A DNA stretch of 63,783 nucleotides, counting the filler, from Phoronis australis (Eukaryota > Animalia > Phoronida), in assembly GCA_002633005.1 (NCBI GenBank). It is 16 parts of 16 records of this genome, joined end to end, with 100 filler letters (N's around TTAATTAATTAA, not from the genome) between each part and the next. Parts side by side here need not be neighbours in the genome. Positions count along the whole stretch, not along the records: positions 53,305 to 56,672 come from NMRA01000022.1; positions 56,773 to 59,372 come from NMRA01003568.1; positions 59,473 to 62,115 come from NMRA01003533.1; positions 62,216 to 63,783 come from NMRA01000833.1; 12 more parts are not named here. One strand, 5' to 3'. The notes under the pieces are model-generated. The model ran no database searches, had not been told where the DNA came from, and worked only from the letters and a program-made list of their open reading frames with translations. Numbering within the stretch: the first letter of the stretch is position 1; every line of letters starts with the position of its first letter. The position numbers and the translations under genes were made by a program. Of the stretch, positions 53,999 to 63,783 are shown piece after piece.

Positions 53999-55355
53999 TA
54001 TAACTAAACGCGACAGGTAAACACACCGCGACTAATAGACGAGTACGTTGTAGACCCGTGTCCAATGAATCATGGGAAACAAACCTCTTTGCTGGATATT
54101 TACGGTTAGCATGGGGCAGCGACCACAGTTCGAATGACTCATTTTGACACTATCACTGGCCTGTCTCAAGACACATGGAAAAAGGCACAACTTACAGAAA
54201 GCACACTCGATGGGGGTTTCTCAAAGATGAAGAAATTCAACAAAGCCATATCTTTTTGTCTTACTACGTCCAGCGAATAAAATGAGATGCCAAAAATGAC
54301 CAAAAATTGCGATATTGGCCTTATTATGCCTAAAATTCATGACTGCCCAGGTATAAGAGAGGAAACAAGAACGCTCTTGCACTCTAGATTCCAGAAATCT
54401 ATGTTAAAACATGTCATTACCAACCAGATTTTGCCAATTTCCACTTGTCCGAAAGATATCAGTATTTGAACGAAAAATTCCGGGTATACAAGGGCAGAGG
54501 CCAATTTTCTAGACTTCATTTAATCAAAACCACTTCAACGAACTACTGAACACCATTCATTGCAGTTACTAACCACTTAGTCCACAAAACTGCCATTAAT
54601 CCTGATACAGTTCATTTTCTTCACCTTTGGGGGCAGCTAAGGCTAGAACCGTGGTCTTCAGACCATGCAGCAAGGAGAGATTCCCATAATTCGTCATTCT
54701 AAGCATGCGTAAGAGGAACTGTTAAAAAGTCAACTGATGAAATTACCACGTCCTTCTTAAAGACACTGCAAACTCGGTTATTCAGGGATGCCTTTCCTGA
54801 TGACGGTTAACCAAGTCTTTAAGGCCTATAGCTGGGTCTGCTAATTCTCCATTTCATATTTGTATTGCTTAAAACACATTTTTTGTATTTATTTACGTGA
54901 AAAGTGTATAATCATTGCAAAACCCTCATAACACTCCAGCATAAGACAGATGGTAGTTGGCAATAAATATTCAATTATTAAAAAGGCTTTGATTTAGAAA
55001 TTATCTGTAGGAGTACGTTAGTTCTTTCCTTAGTTAAAACTGTTACGAGTCTTTGAAAACTTCGAATGCCAACTTAGTTTTGAAATTTTCTGGTGTGAGC
55101 TCAACTTATATAAGCCTCTTTATTTTTTTTCAAGTTCATTACGCAGATGAGTTATGCAACTTAAAGTTTAAACAAAAAATGTCAAGAACTGGAAGTTGCA
55201 CCATGACTTTCAGTGAGATATTATGTGAAAACTGGAATTCGAGATCGTGGCATGACTTTTGTCCTTAAAACTGTTTCATCACCTACTGGATTTCTTGTCT
55301 TCCAAGATATCATTGTTATAAGCTCAAAGCCATTGAAGCAAGTGGAACCCCGACC

Positions 55356-55525
55356 ACTCGTTACAATATTCGTTTACTTTCGTGTGTTCACGTATTGACT
55401 ACGCTTGCACAGACAACGTTTTACTACGCACTCGAAAATTTTGCTCGAGTTTTCTTGGTTTAAAAACATGTACGTAGTAAGCACACGAAAACGTCATATA
55501 GAAGTTAACAAATATTGTAACGAGT
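55356..55525. repeat. 170-bp palindromic MITE-like element
   Basis: Perfect 15-bp inverted ends ACTCGTTACAATATT / AATATTGTAACGAGT. Confidence 0.55.
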
Positions 55526-57057
55526 AATGATTGGCGATTTTGTCAAATTTCGGTCGTTATCAACTTGAACAAGATTCATCTAGAATATCTCGGGTATTTT
55601 CGCAATCTCAAGTTCTCGTAAGTATTTCATATCTGCTCATACTTCAAGAAGTAGATCCCAAGCAACGATAATCCTAAAATACGTTTCTCGTCCGTAAAGC
55701 CAATAGTGATTCTTTGATATCCACGACAGCTTTAACAGCTTCGACATCTCCCAGAACGTGCTATAAGCGTTAGGCCTACACATTTATACTTGTATATACA
55801 GAATGGGGAAGTCCTTACAATCTTTGTTTTGTCTGACTTCTTCGCTAATCCCGACACCGTTCGTTGCTTCGGCAAAACGGCGACTGTGTGCATATAGATT
55901 ACGTCATCAGATACATACCTGCTCAGATATATACGCCATGCAACTAATGTAAAACAGACGGGAAAAGTAAATAGGGAAAACGCTGTAATGGGCACTATGA
56001 TCAAGTGATGGTCGACACTATGATCTAGTGATGGTTGAGAGCATCTAAACCACTCCGATACTTAATAAAACTACGACTTCCTATATACCTTTAAAATACC
56101 TACCAAAGCGATTCCTAAAGCTATACAAGTATATGCTTCGTAAAAATAAATAAACTATCTTCCCCACCTAAGTAGTTAACTTAATCGAACAAAAGGCGAA
56201 TAGGCAAAGGTATTTAGGTAACATAAACTGTTTGGCGAAATAGGCGTTTCTCAAACAACAACGCAATTTACAGCGTTCCGGACGCCAACGTAAAATTCGA
56301 AGGTGCGTAGAAGTATTATAGGCGAGTCAACCAGCGAGTTAGTTTTTCAAATGAACCTCATCAGGAATGAGGCAGTAAGCAGCAAGACCATAATTTGCCT
56401 AATTTCCTTGTCGTGCAAAATCACCGTCAAATTAGTTTGACGAACCCCTCTCGCCGGAGCTTGCTATCTGAATGTCCCAGCTCCCGGTACATGTAGGTGT
56501 TGAATACACGTCTGAGTCCCGCGTGAAACCACTCACAGAGCTTGCGAGGGGACTGAAACTTATTAACTTGTTTACTTCCGAGCAAAACATCTCGACGCTG
56601 AGGTGCATCCTGTAATGTCCCAGAATATCTGACCTACCCAGAATGTTCGATCATTGCTGGAGATCGTGTGCTNNNNNNNNNNNNNNNNNNNNNNNNNNNN
56701 NNNNNNNNNNNNNNNNTTAATTAATTAANNNNNNNNNNNNNNNNNNNNNNNNNNNNNNNNNNNNNNNNNNNNCGAAGCCTGGAAATCACGGTTGTTCTAA
56801 TCTGATTAATGAAGAACTTGAGACCAGCCTTATAACTCTGCTGAGAAGCATTATTTTTCACGGAAGATTGTAATCTGCTTCGATCCACTATTGGTGAAAG
56901 TACTCTGCAACAAGCTACAAATACTCTATTGTGATGTCGTATGACAGTTACCACTCGGTGAATTGTTTATCGTTCAAAGGGCTCACTGGTGTACAACTCG
57001 ATGGATATCGATTATGTAATACAATGTCACGTGGTATTTCGGTATCTTGGCAGTTAA

Positions 57058-57264
<207 letters not shown>

Positions 57265-57385
57265 TGAATTTGTTTTCTAATGTTTTGTATGTGGTAACTG
57301 AAAAACTTTGTCAGTGACACGTGTTTTCAATTCTTCGTTGGCCAAGTAGTTCGTTATGAATTTTCTTTTAAAGATAAATCGTGAT

Positions 57386-58810
57386 CAGTAGCGGATCTAC
57401 GTTTTCAGCAAGGGGGGTTTAAGATTCCCGCCAAGGTCGAATCCTAGGCGCGTGGCGCCGAGCGGGGGGAGGTCGGCAGGGGGGTTTCCCCTCCCTTGTA
57501 AGATATTTTTTTGTTTTTGTAGCCAAATTGAGAAATTTCCATGCATCCTGGTAAGTTTCTGGCACTTAACATGTCTCTGGAGTTTTTCTTAAGATAATTA
57601 AAAACCTTTCTCGATTTCGTCACATGAACTTGGCTCATAAGTTTCGTGAAACCATATTGTGCACATCTGGGTATGAGTCACGCCACCAGCAAAAATTTTT
57701 GTTGGAACATCTGCTTACACACACACCTTTTTTTAGCATGCGAAAAGTCGTATACGAAAAAGTGTGGTGTGATACAGGGGTTTAGACAATTTCCAAATAT
57801 TCAAGAGCATAATTAAGGAGCACCGACGGGGCGTAAAAACTTGAATATCAAATGATCGCGTAACAGCAGCCTCAAGTTGTTTAAGAACGAAGACCTGTAC
57901 TGTTAGTCCGGAAATAAACATGTGTTCTGTCTCGGTACGAGAAAAACTGGCGAACGATGGTACTCTCAACTCATAGTCTATTATTAAAAGCGACAATAAA
58001 TAATTAGGTATCACTTTATTAAGCTGAATCACGTTGACAACAATTGAAAAACGTCAAATTTACAGGAAACAAATCATCTGAAAACAGTTTCATGAAACCA
58101 AAACATCCTGTGCACAGTGGTGAAAAGATACTCTGCACTAGTTTGCAGAGGGACCAAATGTACACTGAGAGTACACAAAAAGCTGACCTGGTCCGTCACG
58201 AGACCAAGAGTACACCTGTGCTTATTAGCCCTATAAAAGTAGTCGATCTGTCGCGGGACCAAACAGTACTGGCTGAGATAAATAGTTTTACAAAGCACAC
58301 TTTGGTAAAAAAAATCGAGGGACCAGAAGTACACTGAAACTCAACATTTACACAAATCAAGCTGGCCTGGTCCGTCGCGAGAGCTAAAGTGTACTATGCA
58401 AAAAATTTTGAATTGAAAACTTCTCTCTAAAATTTTAATCCCCAGTGGTTACTCGTACGTTAGTCCTATCCTTCTGTTGTCTAGACTGCCGAGGAATTTG
58501 TATATCGGATCCAATGATTTGCTTGTCTTGGAACCATTCTACCCATATATCTTCGATGTTTGTTCCCAACGCTTGCACTTCGTCAACTGCTGTGTCAATG
58601 AGCTTGTAAGCCTCTACAATGTCNGAGGAATTTGTACATGGGATCCAATGATTTGCTTGTCTTGGAACCATTCTACCCATATCTTCGATGTTTGTTCCCA
58701 ACGCTTGCGCTTCGTCAACTGTTGTGTCAATGAGCTTGTAAGCCTCTACATTGTCAGCATCTTGTTTCGCAGCTCAGTTGACACTAAGACCCTTGAGGTT
58801 GCCAAGTCCA
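57386..58810 (-). pseudogene. Possible decayed hAT transposon: terminus at 57386, transposase-like relic at ~58440-58810
   Basis: CAGTAGCGGATCTA terminus; broken frames LKGLSV..DNVEAYKLID..W.EWFQ..IPRQSRQQKDRTNV resemble the hAT PRxxxRQxxRxN region. Confidence 0.45.
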
Positions 58811-60683
58811 TTCAAAAGACTTACACGCGCAACTAAATTTGATACGTTCATCATGGACTACTTCAAACCTTGACGAAGCATCCCAGAACCAATTTGCATC
58901 TCTTGCTAGTTTCGAAATAAACGTCCCAATGTCTGAACGCTTGAAACCCGAAGTACTAATATCAAATATTTGCCCATGGGCATGAGCGTTTCATAGGGTG
59001 AGCCTTTGTGCGAAAATTCCCAGTATAGAAGACGGCAGGGTGCTTATTGCAGGTAGACAGACGGTAGGTGTTGAGGTCGGAACTAGGGCTCCTTAGGAGG
59101 CCTAGTGAACATCGCACGAGTCCCGCAAGACTTTGTTGTGAAAGAACAGCCTCCACGCAATTTCTGGTACTGTACACTTTTCGCGAATGCGGTCACTTTC
59201 TCAATGTGAGTGCCCCCTTGGTCATTCCTTGTAAAGACATAACTTGTTACAGAGTGTGTCTTCAAACGGACTCGCGACCAGACCACGGCGCCCGCTACAA
59301 TAGCAATTCTTCGGAAAAATATTTTTTTTCAAAAATATTACATGTACATGTACACAATATTACATGTAAATGNNNNNNNNNNNNNNNNNNNNNNNNNNNN
59401 NNNNNNNNNNNNNNNNTTAATTAATTAANNNNNNNNNNNNNNNNNNNNNNNNNNNNNNNNNNNNNNNNNNNNACCCTGCATTGCCCGCCCACGTGTCCTG
59501 TCGCTTTTGACCCTAACCACATCATTTTTGTGAAAAAACACAAGCAACCATAGCAGTGACGAAAATAAGTCAAAATATTGCTTGTTCAAATGACAAAATG
59601 CTGTAAGTACGCTAGTTCAGAATAGTCTCATAAATCTCGTTAGTCTGCGTTAGCCATTGAGTGGCCAACCAGGAAGGACGTTTTTAGTTAATAGACGCAA
59701 ATCTGAGTAAAAGTCAAAGCCAAGGTTTGGGAAGTTTGTTATCAACGTCGGCAGAGGGCGCAATACGTACTTAAAATAAACAACTTCTTAGCGCTATAGC
59801 GTAGCACTAAAAAGGCAAAAATCATAGCAAACAGGTAGAAAAAACGTAATTATCCGTTGACACGTATGCTATCCCAAACAACATGTCGCGTATATACATC
59901 TTCAAATATTCTCATTATGCGTGGCAGGACAATGCGTTCTCCAAATCTTGGGCGGCGCAGCATTGAAAACAGGGGGGCTAAAGCCCCCACAACCCCCCTG
60001 TGGTGCGCTGCCTATAGACCACGTAAGGCTATATACCCCCAGCCCCCTATGGTGCACCGCCCATACCTATTCATTAAAGTGATCGAACTCTTTAGGATGT
60101 ACTATTTGATAAAAGTGCAGACCCAACTAAGATTTTGTCACCAATGCCACCTGTAGGAGCTAATGTACTGTTTTTGCGATGTATGGTAATTTCTGCACAC
60201 CATACTGAATGTAAAGTAGTAGTAGTGCTTTTATTTCGTGTCATATAAAATACAAACTAAAAATACAATATTCAATTAGAGAGGGCTCTGTGAAGGATTT
60301 ACAGAACGCTGACCCCCGGGTCACCTATAATTTATACAAATCTTATTATAAACAAATAATAAATACAGTAAATATGGCGAACAATAAAGAGACATGGGAA
60401 TGAAATTTTCATTCATGAACAAATTAATATTAATAATGACAAGAGATTAATATAATAACAACGAATAACATATTATCATAGTTGGATGGCAGCTGAATTC
60501 TTACACATAGTTACAAGCATAGCAGTTGACAATAATGAACGGTTGACCATGGTAGGTCTATCAGTCCCGGTGTACCTGTTTGATGCCAAATTATATTCAG
60601 CGCTCAAGCTTATTTGCCAAGTATAGCCGAAGAGATTTCTTTTCCTGTTGTTCTGTGTGAACTTTGTCCTTGTTTTCTCCAAT

Positions 60684-61578
60684 TCACTCACCGAGTTGTT
60701 GAAATTTTTCCCGCAGGTTTTCTACCTAAAATCGAAACCAAAATGCTGCAAAATGAGCTGCCGACAACAATAGATGTTAGTCAAGGATGACCGTTTTGCG
60801 CATGTTGGTCGAAAACCATGCCTGGGTAACATTTCGTGCCATAAATGTCAATTATGTTAACAGGTTACCCGAACTAGACGGCTCACGTCACAAACTATAG
60901 CACGGACTCAAACATTATGGCTAACATATCCATAAAGCAAAGCTCTAGAACTCAGGTCCCCTAAGAAGATGGGCTCAAGGATCGCAAACACGGCTTCGTT
61001 ACGTACAAACACTTCACAAGGACTTTTCGGTTCTCATTTGGTAGTGGATGTGTATCCGCGAGTCTTGCTATCTGGATGCTTAAAGCTGTGAATCGGTGAA
61101 CCGAGTTTACATGCACGTGAGCTGTGTTTATAAGTGAAGGACTACCATGCCGAAGCACTTGTACCGTTTGGATCGGGTAGACTGATTAGGCACTATTTTG
61201 CAGGTATCAGCTTGAAACTGGATGGAAAACAGATATTGTGTAACCGGAACAATATATCGCTTATACCAGAACACGTTGAACATGCATAGGCAGTTGGATA
61301 TCGGTGGATGAGTCCATGTAACAATGTGTTGCTAAAGAAATGTCTATAATGACCTGTTTCATCAGCTCAGGAGAGTCACCGTGCTTCTCTTGAATGGCGT
61401 TGCAATGAACAAGCCCATCTTGGACGTTACCAAGCGACATGCACAACATGGCGGCATGGATGTGAAGTGTTTCATCGTCAGGGTGTTCTCGACAAAGTTT
61501 GGAAACAAGAACGTAGCCATCTTGAAAGCGTCCTATTTTCGAGTGACCATATTTTGGATACAAAGTGCGCTCCAAAGT
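60684..61578 (-). CDS. Two exons of a helical-repeat (TPR-like) protein, probably its C-terminus
   Basis: 225-bp AG/GT exon 61578-61354 (GRFQDGYVLVSKLCREHPDDETLHIHAAMLCMSLGNVQDG) in phase with an exon from 60725 reading VENLREKFQQLGE-stop (or donor after 60692). Confidence 0.6.
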
Positions 61579-62060
61579 CTGAAAAATAATGAAACCGTGC
61601 AAGTACTGTGCAAACATTAAAATTATGTCACCGAATCTATTGCCAGAGCTTTAGTTTAGCAATGCAAGGAACGATACCAGCTAGATTACCGCACACCAAT
61701 GTTAGATCCGAAACAGCTAATCCATTCAGGAACACTAGGACCTCGCTAAAAAGCAAGACTTCGCGAGATTACGTGAGACATTGCCGTGTATTATAAATCA
61801 GAACACGGACTTGGACTAGATTTTAGCTAGGTCCTAGCGTAGGTCCTAAGTGTTACTGAACGCACGCCTGGTTACTTTCTGACATTGAATGTGAGAACAG
61901 TGTCGATCAATTTTAAGTTCCATTTCTTCAAAACGATTTGGAATAATAAATAATCGTGAAACGACAAAATCATACTTCTTTCAAAAACCTCATTACGGTT
62001 ATCGCTAACAAATGTTCACAAATACGTTTTTGTTTTATTAAGACTTGCAATCTACATCGA

Positions 62061-62115
<55 letters not shown>
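62061..62115. repeat. (AAT)n microsatellite at contig end
   Basis: Perfect AAT run. Confidence 0.95.
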
Positions 62116-63783
62116 NNNNNNNNNNNNNNNNNNNNNNNNNNNNNNNNNNNNNNNNNNNNTTAATTAATTAANNNNNNNNNNNNNNNNNNNNNNNNNNNNN
62201 NNNNNNNNNNNNNNNACTACTTTGAATTTAGATTCTTTTCAAATTTGCTGGTCCTCCCTAAGAATTGCAGTTATACCAAAAACTACAAAAAACAATAATA
62301 AATAGCGGAGCAAGGCTCGATCAACAGTTCTTCACTAGAGAGAAACGGCTTACAAGTAAGGTAATGGCCCAATAGTTCGATAACTGGGACAATCATACAG
62401 TGCGTTTTTCAACCTCGGAAAACGAGGAGCCGGGTGGACTCCGGGATGTGGGAATTTTAATATAGGTGATCACCTCGTTAGTCACATGTAACAGTAAAAC
62501 AGAAACGCACATGTTCGTAAGCGAGATTGCGTCGGTTTTGCCGCAGTCCTGTTGCATACAGCGCAAAAATTTGATTCATAGCCCCAAATCTATCATTCAA
62601 TTATTTGAAGAAGACGAACCCATGTATTTTATCACTGATTAATTAAGGATTTAAAAACGTTACCATTCAGTACCCCTGTGCACCTTAGCGTCGAGGATAT
62701 CAGTGTGCTTTATTGTTCTTAAAGTTATTACAATACTGCTATGAATTGATTGCCGGGAAAACTCAAGTCAAGTGAAGAGTTTTATCACTTGCTAAAGCTG
62801 AAGAAAAACAGCAGCCCTATGGTGCCAGCACCTGAAGTTATATATACGCATATTGATTTTTTAGGTATTTATTATCATTTANCTATTGGACTAAATTCAA
62901 CGAACGTTGGGGAAAACGCTTGTAGTATGAAACGTCCAACAATTGCATAACCTCAATAAAAAAAAATTACAGTCTCCAAAATTTGACCCTTCTGGCTCAT
63001 TGGAAAAGAATATCAGTAAAAGTGTGTGGCCCGTATCTGGAGAATCTTGACCTTTTAAAATAGACGATTCCTTTCGATGTGCTTCCGAAGATATTTTACT
63101 GAAACTATAACCACACAAGCAAAAGGCCCTTTGGAAAAATGCGATTGTTACATGATTCCCATTCATCATTTACGAACAACGCATTCAGGTCCACTGAGCT
63201 TGATTCAGACACAATAGCTGGGTACATTGTATCATTGTTTGACTTCGGGCTAGTTTTTTTTACGCATATTCTGGGTGTATTTTTGCTGATAGTGAGCTTT
63301 ACAATGCTCTTTTGTATGCCAAAAACATCTTTCCTTGTTCGTTCTCCGCAAATCGTTGATCCTTTCATGTCCAAAACTCAGTCAACGAATGTTTGTGGGC
63401 AAAGATAGAAAACGATAGAAATATTTCCATTTATAGCTGGTCGACGTGTCGAAATTATCAATTAAAAAGGAATACGCAACACTAGATTCGGTACAGGTTC
63501 CTAAGCATGATCGCACCACTGAAGTATCTTTACCAAAGTATTGAGGATGATGGTGTAGCATCAATGGAGATAATGCACACGTTTCCACGAGCAGTTCACC
63601 ACTTAAAACTTACTAGCCCATGTCAAATAATGTCGTATGTATTTTGAAAGCTATTGTTTTTAAATGTACTTGTTAGATTAATGCTCCGGGCGTAAGCGCG
63701 TCGCATGGTAATCGCTTATGGGACGCTACCATTGTTTTCCTTTGTAGTTGCGTCTTTGTTGGATATAAAAATACAGGCGACAC

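Noticed and set aside
62216-63783. Short ORFs including a hydrophobic 89-aa frame
   Set aside because: Overlapping frames on both strands with no recognisable homology.

Overview
This window is not one locus. It is 16 short contigs of an animal genome (probably a marine invertebrate) joined by 15 identical artificial 100-nt spacers (N44-TTAATTAATTAA-N44), so gene order across spacers means nothing. Spliced (GT-AG) fragments of conserved genes are recognisable: SLC35E2, ABHD1/3, liprin-beta (PPFIBP), AREL1, TFIP11, LMBRD1, a FAXC-like gene and a TPR-like gene; several exons are absent from the ORF track. The rest is mostly transposons: LINEs (RTEX-like with an intact 567-aa RT ORF, CR1-like, Crack/L2-like), a SINE, Helentron-associated (HINE-like) elements, many TIR elements, and satellites. 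I see no prokaryotic operon, CRISPR array or rRNA. Best candidates for novelty: (i) an intron-split SGNH hydrolase resembling retrotransposon ORF1 esterases; (ii) six identical splice donors in a 50-bp tandem array at an AREL1 exon end; (iii) a MITE with 6-bp TSDs whose empty sites are visible in the window; (iv) a CAGTGGCG-terminated TIR family carrying Pol III A/B boxes, with a possible decayed hAT partner. Homology calls come from recalled family motifs, not database searches.
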